Of a DNA stretch of 64,000 bases, positions 36,963 through 48,413 are shown piece by piece. This DNA comes from Trueperaceae bacterium (lineage in GTDB: Bacteria; Deinococcota; Deinococci; Deinococcales; Trueperaceae). How positions within the stretch are numbered: position 1 is the stretch's first letter; each line of letters opens with the position of its first letter. The translations under genes and the position numbers were made by a program. The notes under the pieces were generated by a model, which was not told the DNA's origin, ran no database searches, and worked only from the letters and a program-made list of their open reading frames with translations. The DNA lies in assembly GCA_965214405.1 (NCBI GenBank), contig OZ243956.1, positions 3,360,001-3,424,000 of the forward strand, given 5' to 3'.

Positions 36963-38948
36963 ATGTTTGTAACCCTTCCCGACGGCAACCGTCTGGACGT
37001 ACCCGACCACGCCACCCCCCAAGACGTGGCCCAGGCCATCGGTCCCGGCTTAGCCAAGGCCGCCTTGGGCGCGGAAGTAAACGGCATTCTCTCGGACCTC
37101 TTCACGGAGGTGCCCGAGGGGGCGCAGATCTCGATTCTCACTAAACGCGACGACGCGGCTCTGCGCCTCATGCGGCACACGCTGGCGCACGTGATGGCGC
37201 AGGCGGTGATTGACTACTTTGTGAGTCAGGGCCACTCGAGAACTGAAATCAAAATGGGCGTCGGCCCGGTGATTGAGAACGGCTTCTACTACGACTTCGA
37301 CGTGCCGCGCCCCCTCACCCCGGAGGATTTGGGGGAGATAGAGGGCCGTATGCGCGAGATTATCAAAGCGAACCTGCCGCTGCGCCGTTTTGAACTCCCG
37401 CGCGAGGAGGCCTTGGCGCGCTACCGCGAGATTGGCGACCCGTACAAGCTCGAGCTTATTAGCGACCTCCCCGCCGAAGTCCCGCTCTCTTTCTACGAGC
37501 AGGGCGGCGATACGGGCTTCACCGACCTCTGCCGCGGCCCGCACGTGCCCCGGACCGGCGACATCCCGCCGCACTTCAAATTAATGAACGTGGCCGGGGC
37601 CTACTGGCGCGGCGACGAGACGCGCCCGATGCTCCAGCGGATTTACGGGGTGGCGTTTCGGACCAAAGAGGAACTCGAGCATTACCTCTGGCAGTTGGAG
37701 GAGGCCAAGAAGAGGGACCACCGCAAGCTGGGTAAAGAACTGGGGCTTTTCACCTTTTCGGAAGACATCGGCTCGGGCATCCCGCTGTTTTTGCCTCGAG
37801 GCGAAATCGTCCGGCACGAGATGGAGCGTTACGTGCGCGAGTTGCAGACCCGCTACGGCTATCAGCACGTCTGGACGGGTCACCTCGTCAAGGAGTCGCT
37901 TTACAAAAAGTCGGGCCACCTGGACAACTACGTCGAGTCGATGTTCCCGCCGATGGACGACGAGGGCGTGCGGATGCGCCTCAAGCCGATGAACTGCCCC
38001 AGCCACATGACGCTCTTTAACGCGCAGCTTCACTCGTACCGCGAGCTGCCCATTCGCTACGCGGAATTCGCCACCCTCTACCGCTATGAGAAGTCGGGCG
38101 AACTCAACGGCCTCACCCGCGTGCGCTCACTTACCCAAGACGACTGCCACATCTTCTGCACCGAAGAGCAAATCGGCGAGGAGTTCGCGCGCGCGCTGCG
38201 CCTCATCCGCGAGGTGCTCGACACCTACCACTTCGGCGAGTACGCGGTGCGCCTGAGCCTGCGCGGCGAGGGCGGCAAGTACGTGGACGATAACGAAAAA
38301 TGGGCCAAGGCGACGCAGGCGCTGCGCGACGCGCTGGACCGCGAGGGCGTGCCCTACACCGAGGCCCTGGGCGAGGCCGCCTTTTACGGACCCAAGGCGG
38401 ACTTTATGGCGAAGGACGTGCTGGGCCGCGAGTGGCAGCTCTCGACCATCCAGGTGGACTTCATCCAGCCCGCCCGCTTGAGCTGCGAGTACGTCGGCGA
38501 GGACGGCGAGCGCCACACCCCGGTGGTGCTCCACCGCGCGGTCACGGGCTCCACAGAACGCTTTATGGGCGTCATCATCGAACACTTCGCGGGCGACTTC
38601 CCCCTCTGGCTCGCCCCCGAACAGGTGCGCGTCGTGCCGATTGCGGACCGTCACATCGGGTATGCGGAAGAAGTCAAGGCGAGGCTCGAGGCCGCCCACC
38701 TCCGCGCCGAAGTTGATACCCGCAGCGAGCGCATGAACGCCAAAATCCGCGACGCCGAACTCTACAAAGTGCCCTATATCGTTGTGGTGGGCGACAAGGA
38801 GGCGGAGGCGGGTAATGTCTCCTTCAGGAGCCGTTTGGAAGAGGACGCGAACGGCGTGCCGGTGGACGCGTTTGTCGCGCATCTGGAAGAAAACGTTGAG
38901 AAGCGGAGGCTCGAGGTTGTGCCGCTCGAGCTACCCGTCAGCGCCTAG
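36963..38948 (+). CDS. thrS: Threonine--tRNA ligase
   Basis: TGS domain, HTLAH, DLCRGPH, KRDHRKLG, KPMNCP, AFYGPK motifs. Confidence 0.97.
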   Translation: MFVTLPDGNRLDVPDHATPQDVAQAIGPGLAKAALGAEVNGILSDLFTEVPEGAQISILTKRDDAALRLMRHTLAHVMAQAVIDYFVSQGHSRTEIKMGVGPVIENGFYYDFDVPRPLTPEDLGEIEGRMREIIKANLPLRRFELPREEALARYREIGDPYKLELISDLPAEVPLSFYEQGGDTGFTDLCRGPHVPRTGDIPPHFKLMNVAGAYWRGDETRPMLQRIYGVAFRTKEELEHYLWQLEEAKKRDHRKLGKELGLFTFSEDIGSGIPLFLPRGEIVRHEMERYVRELQTRYGYQHVWTGHLVKESLYKKSGHLDNYVESMFPPMDDEGVRMRLKPMNCPSHMTLFNAQLHSYRELPIRYAEFATLYRYEKSGELNGLTRVRSLTQDDCHIFCTEEQIGEEFARALRLIREVLDTYHFGEYAVRLSLRGEGGKYVDDNEKWAKATQALRDALDREGVPYTEALGEAAFYGPKADFMAKDVLGREWQLSTIQVDFIQPARLSCEYVGEDGERHTPVVLHRAVTGSTERFMGVIIEHFAGDFPLWLAPEQVRVVPIADRHIGYAEEVKARLEAAHLRAEVDTRSERMNAKIRDAELYKVPYIVVVGDKEAEAGNVSFRSRLEEDANGVPVDAFVAHLEENVEKRRLEVVPLELPVSA

Positions 38949-39001
38949 CATCGTTCCTTTGGCGTGTTTCTGAACCTACGGGGCGCGGTTAGAGTCTAAG
39001 G

Positions 39002-40015
39002 ATGCTCACTTGGCAAGTTCTGGGCGCGCCCGAGCGCGATAACGCGCTTTTTGTGCGAATCGACACCGGGCGCTCCCACCACCGCCTCCTCTTCGACTGC
39101 GGCGACGCGCTTTCCGACCTGCCCGCTGCGGAGACGAGGGGGGTTGACCACCTCCTGTTTTCGCACCTGCATCTTGACCACGTAGGCGGCTTCGACAGCT
39201 TTTTCCGCCACACCCACCCCCGCGAGGCCCCGGTTGAGGTCTGGGGACCGCCCGAGACGGTTGAAATCATGAGTCACCGCTTCCGCGGTTTTATGTGGAA
39301 CCTGCAACCCCGGCGCGAGGGGACGTGGTTTGTTCACGACGTGTTTGAAGACCGCGTGGAGAGTGTGCGGTTTGGCTCGAGCAACCGACTCCGGCACCCA
39401 CACCCGGCGGGCGTCCGGCCCTTTGAAGGCGTCCTCATCAACACGCCCGTCTTTTCAATACACGCGTTTCACATGGACCACCTCACGCCGTCGCTGGCGT
39501 ATCTGGTGGAGGAGAAGCCGCGCTTGAACATCAACACGGCGGAACTCGCGGCGCGCGGCCTGCCCAGCGGCCCGTGGTTGCAAAAGCTTAAAGACGAAGC
39601 GTTGGGGGATGAGGTGGGGCTCGAGCTGCAAGGCACCTCTTACAAACTGGGCGACTTGCGGGAGGGGCTGCTCGAGCGCTCTCCGGGCGCGTCGATTGCC
39701 TATCTCACCGATTTTTTGTTGGATGAGGGGGCGATGGAACGGCTTTCTCACGCGTTAAAAGGCTGTACCACCATCGTCTGCGAGGCGCAGTTTCAACACG
39801 CGGACGTAGGGCTCGCTCTCAAAACCCACCACATGACCACCGTGCAGGCCGCGACGCTCGCCGAGCGGGCGGGGGTGGGGGAGCTTGTGCTCATCCACTT
39901 GTCCGAGCGTTACCGGCCTCGAGAGTGGGGGAGAGGGCTAGGGGAGGCTCGAGCGGTTTTCCCGAACACGCACTTCCCGCCGCACTGGCGGATTCCTCTT
40001 CCATCCGGCGCGTAA
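39002..40015 (+). CDS. Ribonuclease Z-like metallo-beta-lactamase
   Basis: FDCG, SHLHLDHVGG, GP-rich exosite, TD, HHMT, HLSERY. Confidence 0.8.
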   Translation: MLTWQVLGAPERDNALFVRIDTGRSHHRLLFDCGDALSDLPAAETRGVDHLLFSHLHLDHVGGFDSFFRHTHPREAPVEVWGPPETVEIMSHRFRGFMWNLQPRREGTWFVHDVFEDRVESVRFGSSNRLRHPHPAGVRPFEGVLINTPVFSIHAFHMDHLTPSLAYLVEEKPRLNINTAELAARGLPSGPWLQKLKDEALGDEVGLELQGTSYKLGDLREGLLERSPGASIAYLTDFLLDEGAMERLSHALKGCTTIVCEAQFQHADVGLALKTHHMTTVQAATLAERAGVGELVLIHLSERYRPREWGRGLGEARAVFPNTHFPPHWRIPLPSGA

Positions 40016-40138
40016 GCCAATCAATCTCCAATGCGCTCGCCGGACGGCTTGCCAATATCGCCTGCCAGACGGTATAGTTCCCTCACCAAGAAAGTTGTGC
40101 AGCCGCCAGGCTGTCACGGTAGAAATGAGGGGCTGAGC

Positions 40139-41893
40139 ATGGCGAGTGCCAACGTTAGGAGTCTTCCCGCGCTCCTGCAAAAGCGCAGGGACGACCCCAC
40201 CCCCGCCCACCGCGTCAAACGCTTTGGGCTGTGGGCGACGGTCACGTGGGCGGAGCATGTGGGGCGGGTAAACGCGCTCGCGCGTAAGCTGATTGATCTG
40301 GACACCCAACCGGGTGAACGGGTCGCCATCCTCTGTGAAAACCGGCCCGAGTGGCTTGTCTCAGACTTAGCCATCCAGAGCGCTGGGGGCGTGTCGGTGG
40401 GCATCTACACGACGAGCAGCGCGAAGCAGGTGAGGTACGTGCTCGAGCACTCCGGCGCGGTGGGGCTTATCTTGGAGAACGCCGAGCAGATTGAGAAGTG
40501 GCTCGAGATTCGTGACAGCTTGCCCAACGTGCGCTGGGTCATCGCCATCGAACCCGAAGGTTTTGACGAGGTGCTGGCCTGGGACGAGGTGCTGGCGGAG
40601 GCGGAGGGGCTTTACGCGCGTGACCCCGGTCCTGTGGATGAGCGTATCAACACTCTCACACCCGACGACACCGCGCTCCTTATGTACACCTCAGGCACGA
40701 CGGGCCACCCCAAGGGCGTGATGTTGTCGCACAAGAACCTGCTTTGGGCGGTGGACACGCTCACCCAGACGTTCGGTTACGCCAAAGACGACGAGATTAT
40801 TTCCTACCTGCCCCTGTCGCACGTTGTTGAGCGCAGCGGCTCCTACTGTCACCTGGCGGCGGGCTTTCCCATTTCGTTTGTCGAGAACTTAGACACCTTC
40901 GCGCAAGACCTTCAGGAGGTGCGCCCGACGGTGCTGTTTGCCGTGCCGCGCGTGTGGGAAAAGATGCACTCGCTGGTTGAGCTTCACATGCGCGAGGCGC
41001 ATCCCTTCAAGCGCGGCGTTTATAACTGGGCGATGCGGGCGGTGAGGGGGAGTGAAGGAGGGGGTAACGCAGTCGCGGCGCCCCTGGCGAATCTTCTGGT
41101 CATCCACTGGCTCAAGGTCCGGCTGGGCTTAGACCGCGTCCGGCTGGCCGTATCGGGGGCCGCACCCATCTCGCCGCGCATCCTCCTCTACTTTCGCTCG
41201 CTCGGGATTGACGTCCGCGAGGGCTACGGGATGACCGAGAACGTGGCGCTCGCCAGCATCCACCAGGACGCGTTCAAGCTGGGCACCGTCGGCACGCCCT
41301 TTCCGGGAGTTGAAATTCGTATTGCCGAAGACGGCGAAATCTTGACGCGCAGCCCCGGCACTTTCGAGGGTTACTTTAACGACCCCGAGGCCACCGCCGA
41401 GGCGATGGACGGCGACTGGCTCCGCACGGGCGACGTGGGCGAACTCGACGAGGACGGGCACCTGCGTATCACCGACCGTAAGAAAGACATTATCATCACC
41501 GCGGGGGGCAAAAACATCGCGCCGCAAAAGATTGAGAATTTGTTAAAGGCGTCCGTATTCGTCAACGACGCGGTGGTGATTGGCGACGGGCGCAAGTATC
41601 TGGTGGCGCTGCTCGTGCTGGACGAGGACAATATCAGCACCTGGGCTCGAGACCACGGCCTGTCTTACACGACATACAGCGATTTAGCGGGACACGAAGA
41701 GGTGCGGCGGCTTCTGGAGGGTGAGGTGGCCGAAGTCAATAAACAGCTCGCCCGTGTGGAGACGATCAAACGCTTTGCGGTCCTCCCCAAACGCCTCTAT
41801 TACGAAGATGGCGAGGTGACGGCGACGCTGAAGGTGAAGCGCTCGAGCCTCGCCAAAAAATACGCTGACCTTATCGACTCTCTTTATGTGTAG
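40139..41893 (+). CDS. Long-chain fatty-acid--CoA ligase
   Basis: YTSGTTGHPKG, EGYGMTE, RTGD, DRKKDIII motifs. Confidence 0.9.
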   Translation: MASANVRSLPALLQKRRDDPTPAHRVKRFGLWATVTWAEHVGRVNALARKLIDLDTQPGERVAILCENRPEWLVSDLAIQSAGGVSVGIYTTSSAKQVRYVLEHSGAVGLILENAEQIEKWLEIRDSLPNVRWVIAIEPEGFDEVLAWDEVLAEAEGLYARDPGPVDERINTLTPDDTALLMYTSGTTGHPKGVMLSHKNLLWAVDTLTQTFGYAKDDEIISYLPLSHVVERSGSYCHLAAGFPISFVENLDTFAQDLQEVRPTVLFAVPRVWEKMHSLVELHMREAHPFKRGVYNWAMRAVRGSEGGGNAVAAPLANLLVIHWLKVRLGLDRVRLAVSGAAPISPRILLYFRSLGIDVREGYGMTENVALASIHQDAFKLGTVGTPFPGVEIRIAEDGEILTRSPGTFEGYFNDPEATAEAMDGDWLRTGDVGELDEDGHLRITDRKKDIIITAGGKNIAPQKIENLLKASVFVNDAVVIGDGRKYLVALLVLDEDNISTWARDHGLSYTTYSDLAGHEEVRRLLEGEVAEVNKQLARVETIKRFAVLPKRLYYEDGEVTATLKVKRSSLAKKYADLIDSLYV

Positions 41894-41932
41894 GTTCTTT
41901 ATGTGTAGGTGCAACGTGAACAGGTCGGAAGA

Positions 41933-42916
41933 ATGAGCGTGCAACGGCTCGAGCGTTACGAACAAAAAGTCCGGCACATCGAGGACGCCCAAGGCTGGGT
42001 GATGTTCGGGCTCTTTATGGCCTTTCTCGTGGCCTTGCCCTTCGTCGCGCCCGGCTACATCATCTACAACGTTACGCTCTTTTTCGTCTTTAGCCTCGTC
42101 GCGGTGGCCTTGACCGTGCTCGTCGGCTTTACCGGACAGGTGTCGCTGGGCCACGCGGGCTTCCTCGCGGCGGGGGCGTACACGACGGCGTATCTTACGA
42201 GTCTGGGCTGGCCTTTTTTGTTGGGTCTCGCCCTGTCTCTGGTGGTCGGCGGGCTGCTGGGCCTCGTCATCGGGGTGCCGTCGCTGCGGCTCGAGGGTCC
42301 CTACTTAGCCATCGCCACGCTGGGTTTCGGGCTCGCCATCCAGCAAATTCTCAACAACTGGCGGCTCGTGGGCGCGTCTACAGGTTTCCTGGCGGACAGA
42401 CCTGCGTTTTTTGGTCTGGATTTTACCGGCGACACGCCTTTTTACTTTTTCGTCCTCGTTATCGTGTCACTCGCTATTTGGACGGCGTTCAACCTCAAGC
42501 GCTCGCACGTGGGCCGCGCCTGGGGGGCGGTGCGCGACGCCGAGCTGGCGGCGCAGATGAGCGGCGTGAACTTGCCCTATTACAAAACCTTGGCGTTTGT
42601 CCTTTCCGCGGCCATGACCGCGCTCGCGGGCGGGCTCTACGGGGCCTTGCTGGGCTACATCACGCCGGAGAGTTTTAACCTGCTCCTGTCGATTAAGTTT
42701 TTGCTCATCATCGTCGTTGGGGGCCTTGGCTATCTGCCGGGGGCGATTCTGGGGGCGGCGGCCATTACCGGCTTAGAAGTCATTCTTTCGGCGCAGCAGA
42801 ACCGCTCGCAGCTCCTTTTCGGCGTGGTGGTGATTTTGCTGATGCTGCTCGAGCCCCGCGGCATATACGGCGTGTGGGGCCGGGTCCGGCGCTACTGGCG
42901 CACGTGGCCGATGTGA
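41933..42916 (+). CDS. Branched-chain amino acid-type ABC permease (LivM-like)
   Basis: GQVSLGH, LRLEGPYLAIATLGF motifs. Confidence 0.9.
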   Translation: MSVQRLERYEQKVRHIEDAQGWVMFGLFMAFLVALPFVAPGYIIYNVTLFFVFSLVAVALTVLVGFTGQVSLGHAGFLAAGAYTTAYLTSLGWPFLLGLALSLVVGGLLGLVIGVPSLRLEGPYLAIATLGFGLAIQQILNNWRLVGASTGFLADRPAFFGLDFTGDTPFYFFVLVIVSLAIWTAFNLKRSHVGRAWGAVRDAELAAQMSGVNLPYYKTLAFVLSAAMTALAGGLYGALLGYITPESFNLLLSIKFLLIIVVGGLGYLPGAILGAAAITGLEVILSAQQNRSQLLFGVVVILLMLLEPRGIYGVWGRVRRYWRTWPM

Positions 42917-43003
42917 GGGGAGATGAGGGTAAAGTTTTTGTGTGGAATCTAAGCTTTTCTGGAACGGCTATAAACGTGCTTCTTCAGCAACTACCGCGCC
43001 AAA

Positions 43004-43037
43004 CCTCCCCCCTTAACAAGGGGGGCCGGGGGGGATC
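43004..43037. repeat. REP-like GC palindromic element
   Basis: CCTCCCCCCTTAACAAGGGGGGCCGGGGGGGATC: CCCCCCTT/AAGGGGGG stem plus a G-run. Confidence 0.5.
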
Positions 43038-43043
43038 ACCCTA

Positions 43044-44054
43044 ATGGAAAGTTTTCTTCAAGCTTTGGTAAGCGGCTTAGCCGCAGGCAGCATCTACGCG
43101 CTCATCGCGCTCGGGCTGGTGCTCCTCTACCGCACAACCAACATCCTCAACTTCGCGCACGGGGAGTTTGGGCTTTTTGGGACTTTTGTGGCGTTTGCAA
43201 TCCTCACCTCGCTCGATATTCCTTACGGCCTCTCTTTCGTGCTCTCGCTCGTGGCGGCGCTGCTGCTGGGCGGCTTCGTGTCGCTCGTGCTCGTCAGACC
43301 TGGCAAAACGGCCTTGAGCGTCGGGCTGGCGGTGCTCGTGGGGGCGCTCGCCTACGGCTTAGGGCTCGGCCTGGTGCTGGCGTCACTCGTCGGGGTGGTT
43401 ACCGGGGTGCTTTACTACGCCCTTTCGGAGGGCGGCGCAAGCGACCCCGGCGACCTGGGCCTCATCATCCTTACTTTAGGTGTCAACTTGACGCTTCAGG
43501 GCACCTACGCGCTCTCGTTCGGCACCGACAACAAAATCTTGCCGCCCCTCGTCGCTGACAGCACTCTGCGCGTCGGCGGCGCAGCGTTAAGTAGTTTGTC
43601 GCTCCTCACGTCAATCATCGGCGTAGTCATCATGGTGGGGCTCTGGGCGCTCCTCAGCCGCACCAAAATCGGGCTCGCCATGCGGGCGGTGGCGCAGCGT
43701 GAGGACGTGGCGCGGGCGATGGGCATTCCCGTCCGCACGGTGATGTTTGCGACCTGGGGCGTGTCGGCCTTGCTCGCCGCCGCCGCCGCGCTGCTTTTAG
43801 CGCCCACCACGCTGCTCTCGACCAACCTGATGTTTGATCCCCTTTCCAAGGGCTTCGTCGCGGCGGTGATCGGCGGGATGAACAGCCTGCCGGGGGCGAT
43901 TCTGGGTGGTTATCTGCTGGGGGTTTTAGAACTCCTCGTCGGCGTCTACATCTCAAACGAGTTCAAGGCGTCGTTCGCCTTTTTGGTCGTGCTCGTCGTG
44001 CTCGTCTTAAGACCCCACGGTGTCCTGGGTCGCCCGGAAGTGCGGCGTGTGTAG
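43044..44054 (+). CDS. Branched-chain amino acid-type ABC permease (LivH-like)
   Basis: GSIYALIALG, NFAHGEF, GLAMRAVA motifs. Confidence 0.9.
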   Translation: MESFLQALVSGLAAGSIYALIALGLVLLYRTTNILNFAHGEFGLFGTFVAFAILTSLDIPYGLSFVLSLVAALLLGGFVSLVLVRPGKTALSVGLAVLVGALAYGLGLGLVLASLVGVVTGVLYYALSEGGASDPGDLGLIILTLGVNLTLQGTYALSFGTDNKILPPLVADSTLRVGGAALSSLSLLTSIIGVVIMVGLWALLSRTKIGLAMRAVAQREDVARAMGIPVRTVMFATWGVSALLAAAAALLLAPTTLLSTNLMFDPLSKGFVAAVIGGMNSLPGAILGGYLLGVLELLVGVYISNEFKASFAFLVVLVVLVLRPHGVLGRPEVRRV

Positions 44055-44166
44055 GGGCTGTGGGTGATAAGATGGTTGAGCATCATTAATTAAGGAGCGG
44101 GAATGGAGTGGAAGAGACGACCTTCTCTACATTTCTATCCCGTACCTCAAGAACGAAAGGAGCAAC

Positions 44167-45345
44167 ATGAAAAAGCTACTCGTAAGTCTCGTTCTTCTCC
44201 TAGCAGGTCTTGGTCTTGCCCAGACGCCGGGCGTGACCGACACGGAAATCCGCATCGGCACCTGGGGGCCGCAGTCGGGTCCGGCGGCGGCCTGGGGCAC
44301 GGTCATCGACGCGATCGACGCTTATTTTCAGTACGTGAACGCGCAGGGCGGCGTGAACGGGCGCGAGCTGGTGCTCGTCTCGCGCGACGACGGCTACGAT
44401 CCCGCGCGGAGCGTGTCGGCGGTGCGCGAGCTCATCGACCGCGAGAACGTCTTCGCGCTCGTGGGCGGCATCGGCACAGCCAACGGCTTGGCGGTCTTGC
44501 CGATCATTAAGCGCGAGGGCATCCCCTGGGTAAGCCCGTCGACCGGCTCGGGCGAGTTCGCCAGGCAGAGCGACGGTTTGGTGTTCGCCACCTACACGAA
44601 TTACGGCGTCGAGTCGGCCTTGATGACGCGCTACGCGGTTGAGGAACTGGGCAACACGCGCATCGCCGTGTTCTACCAGAACGACGGCTACGGCGAAGAG
44701 GGTCTTGCCGGTGTTCAAGAGGAGGTCGCGCGGCTGCAAGAGGCGGGGATGGACGTGTCTATCGTGGATACGGTTTCTTATGAGCGCGGCGAGACCAACA
44801 TGGCGGTCCAGGCGCTGCGCCTGAGCGGCGCGGACGCCGACGCGGTGGTGATGTACAGCACGCCCGCCGCCGCCGCGGCTTTGGTCAATGAGTTTGGGAG
44901 GCTCGAGTACGCCCCGCGCATCTTAGCCTCGAGCACGCTCTTAGACCCCAGCCTCATCGCCAACCCCGGAATGCAGGACGCGCTGCTCGCCACCTTTGCG
45001 CGCCTCCCCTCGGCGGTCGTGGGCGAGGAGGCTGGCGATCCCATCGCGGATGACATCTTAGCCAACGTCATCGTCCCCTACGCCCCCGAGGCCGCCCAGG
45101 ACCCCTTCCGCTCGGGCGCCGGGGTCGCCTTTGTGCAGCCTCTCGTCGAAGCCCTCCGCGCCGCCGGTCCCGATTTGACGCGCGAGAGCTTTCTGGAAGC
45201 GATGGGCAACATCAGCGGCTACGACACAGGCATGTTCGCCAACCTCGACTTCACCGAGGGCTACCAGGGCAACAACTCGATCATCCTGCTCCGCATCACG
45301 CCCGAGGGCCTGCGCCCGGCGTCGGACGGGTTTATCACGTTCTAG
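44167..45345 (+). CDS. ABC substrate-binding protein (Liv/PBP1 family)
   Basis: Signal peptide, GVTDTEIRIG, GGVNGR, DDGYDP. Confidence 0.9.
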   Translation: MKKLLVSLVLLLAGLGLAQTPGVTDTEIRIGTWGPQSGPAAAWGTVIDAIDAYFQYVNAQGGVNGRELVLVSRDDGYDPARSVSAVRELIDRENVFALVGGIGTANGLAVLPIIKREGIPWVSPSTGSGEFARQSDGLVFATYTNYGVESALMTRYAVEELGNTRIAVFYQNDGYGEEGLAGVQEEVARLQEAGMDVSIVDTVSYERGETNMAVQALRLSGADADAVVMYSTPAAAAALVNEFGRLEYAPRILASSTLLDPSLIANPGMQDALLATFARLPSAVVGEEAGDPIADDILANVIVPYAPEAAQDPFRSGAGVAFVQPLVEALRAAGPDLTRESFLEAMGNISGYDTGMFANLDFTEGYQGNNSIILLRITPEGLRPASDGFITF

Positions 45346-45352
45346 TGGAGAC

Positions 45353-45378
45353 GGGGGAGGTACTCCTCCCCCTTTTAT
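45353..45378 (+). terminator. Intercistronic hairpin or terminator
   Basis: GGGGGAGG-tact-CCTCCCCC then TTTT. Confidence 0.6.
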
Positions 45379-45396
45379 CTTGCCAAAGGTATTTTT

Positions 45397-46175
45397 ATGA
45401 CCCCCCTGCTCGAGCTTTCCCACTTAAGCCTCTCCTTTGGCGGCATCAAGGCGCTTTCGGACGTGAGTTTTCCCGTTCACGAGCGGGAGGTGGTGGCGCT
45501 GATCGGTCCCAACGGCGCGGGCAAAACGAGCTTGTTTAACTGCGTGTGCGGTTTTTACAAGCCGCAGACGGGCCGGGTGCTCTTCAAGGGCCGCGACATC
45601 ACCGGGGCCAAACCCCACCGCGTTGCGGCTCTGGGCATCGGGCGAGCCTTTCAAAACATCGAGCTCTTCCGGTCTCTGAGTTGCCTCGACAACCTCCTTT
45701 TGGGGCGGCACCTGCACGTCGGAACGAACCTTTTGGGTGCGATGTTCGCCACGCCCGGCTGGCGGCGCGACGAGGTGCGGCAGCGCAGGCGGGCCGAAGA
45801 ACTTATGGACGTGCTCGACCTGCAAGCCTACCGCGACACGCCCGTGGCGGTCTTGCCTTACGGCGTGCAAAAGCTTGTGGAGGTGGCCCGCGCCCTCGCC
45901 GCCGAACCCGAACTCCTCCTCCTCGACGAACCCACCGCGGGCATGACTGCCGAAGAAAAAGACGAGATGATGTTCCGCCTCCTGCGCCTGCGGCGCGATT
46001 TGGGGCTGTCTTTGTTGGTTGTCGAGCACGACCTGCGCGTGGTGAGTCGGCTCGCCGAGCGCATCGTGGTCCTCGACTACGGCGTCAAAATTGCCGACGG
46101 CTCCCCCCTCGAGGTGCAGCGCGACCCCGAGGTCATAAGGGCGTACTTAGGCGAGACGCAGTTGGAGGCGGTGGG

Positions 46176-46179
<4 letters not shown>
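45397..46179 (+). CDS. ABC ATP-binding protein (LivG-like)
   Basis: GPNGAGKT, LPYG, LLDEP, VEHD motifs. Confidence 0.92.
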
Positions 46180-46970
<791 letters not shown>

Positions 46971-46997
46971 GGTCTAACCATTTCGGAAGGGGCTATT

Positions 46998-47972
46998 TTG
47001 AAAGCTGTTCTTTGTAAACAGTGGGGCACTCCGGCTGATTTAAGCTACGAAGACGCGCCCGACCCCGTCCCAGACGCGGGCGAGGTGCTTATCGGCGTGC
47101 GGGCCGTTGGGGTGAACTTTGCTGACACGCTGATGATGGCGGGGCGCTACCAGCTAAAGCCGCCCCTGCCGTTCTCGCCGGGCTTCGAGGTGGCGGGGGA
47201 GGTGCTGGAACTTGGCGAGGGCGTGACGCAGCTCGAGCCGGGAACGCGCGTGATGGGCTTCTTACAGTACGGCGCTTACGCTGAAAAGGTCGCCGCGCCC
47301 GCCCAGATGGTTATGCCCATCCCCGAGGGGATGGATTACAAGGACGCCGCCGCCTTTGCGGTGGCTTACGGGACGTCGCATGTGGCGCTCGAGCACCGCG
47401 CCCGCTTACAAGAGGGAGAAACGCTCCTCGTCCACGGCGCGTCGGGCGGCGTGGGCTTGACCGCGGTGGAGCTCGGCAAGAGGATGGGCGCGACCGTCAT
47501 CGCCACCGCGAGCACGGAGGAAAAGTTAGCCCTCTGCCGCCGCTACGGCGCGGACCACACCATCAACTACCGTGAAGAAGATTTCGTCCCCAAGGTCAAG
47601 AGCATCACGGACGGGCGCGGCGCGGACGTGATTTTGGACCCCGTCGGCGGCGATGTGTTCGAAAGGTCGCTGCGCTGCACCGCTTGGGAGGGCCGAATCC
47701 TGGTTATTGGCTTTGCCAGCGGCGAGATACCACAGGTGCCTGTGAACCTCACGCTCGTCAAAAACTGCTCAATTGTCGGCGTGTTCTGGGGCGCGTACGG
47801 TCAGAAAAATCCAAAAGTGCTGATGAACTCGCTGCAAACGCTGCTGACGTGGTACGCGGAAGGGAAGCTGAAGCCGCACATTTCCAGGGTTTATGCGCTC
47901 GAAGACGCACCACGGGCGATGATGGAACTAATGGAAAGGCGATCAACGGGGAAGGTGGTGCTCGAGCCCTGA
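46998..47972 (+). CDS. NADPH:quinone oxidoreductase family protein
   Basis: VNFAD, PFSPGFE, GASGGVG, GKVVL motifs. Confidence 0.9.
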   Translation: MKAVLCKQWGTPADLSYEDAPDPVPDAGEVLIGVRAVGVNFADTLMMAGRYQLKPPLPFSPGFEVAGEVLELGEGVTQLEPGTRVMGFLQYGAYAEKVAAPAQMVMPIPEGMDYKDAAAFAVAYGTSHVALEHRARLQEGETLLVHGASGGVGLTAVELGKRMGATVIATASTEEKLALCRRYGADHTINYREEDFVPKVKSITDGRGADVILDPVGGDVFERSLRCTAWEGRILVIGFASGEIPQVPVNLTLVKNCSIVGVFWGAYGQKNPKVLMNSLQTLLTWYAEGKLKPHISRVYALEDAPRAMMELMERRSTGKVVLEP

Positions 47973-47986
47973 AAAACGTGTGGGGC

Positions 47987-48138
47987 GGGGCTCGAGCCTC
48001 AGCCGTTCGTCAAGATTTATATCTTCACCGTCAAAGTGTGCAGTTGGGAAGTAGGTTTCATGAAAACTGCTTTAATCCGACTCACCAGACAACCGTAGCA
48101 TCCGTTAAATGTTATGTAGGTTCACTCAGAGCCCCAAA
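47987..48138 (-). repeat. Repeat copy R1: decayed antitoxin 5' fragment plus decayed DUF3368 3' end
   Basis: 47987-48061 aligns with 48838-48906 and 49716-49792; 48062-48138 aligns without gaps to 48907-48983 and has in-frame stops. Confidence 0.85.
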
Positions 48139-48194
48139 ATAAAGCCAAACCTTGTGCTACAATTTAGCACAGCAGAAGTCGTTTGGAGGTCGTT

Positions 48195-48413
48195 ATGCGC
48201 GAAAGCATTTCTATCAGCTTGCCGGAAAACTTGAAAGAGGAACTTGACCGCTTCACGCAAAGCGAGGGCGTATCCCGTAGCGACCTCGTCCGGGAAGCGC
48301 TCAAAGAGTACCTTTTCGTTCACAAACTTCGCGCGTTGCGTCAAAAACTTCTGCCCTACGCCGAAGCGCAAGGCATTTACACCGATGAGGACGTTTTCGA
48401 CGACGTGTCGTGA
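48195..48413 (+). CDS. CopG/RHH antitoxin
   Basis: ISISLP...SRSDLVREAL; GTGA overlap with the PIN toxin gene. Confidence 0.85.
   Translation: MRESISISLPENLKEELDRFTQSEGVSRSDLVREALKEYLFVHKLRALRQKLLPYAEAQGIYTDEDVFDDVS

Noticed and set aside
45546..46175. N-terminal extension of the LivF-like ORF
   Set aside because: Overlaps the LivG-like gene in another frame; the true start is GTG 46176
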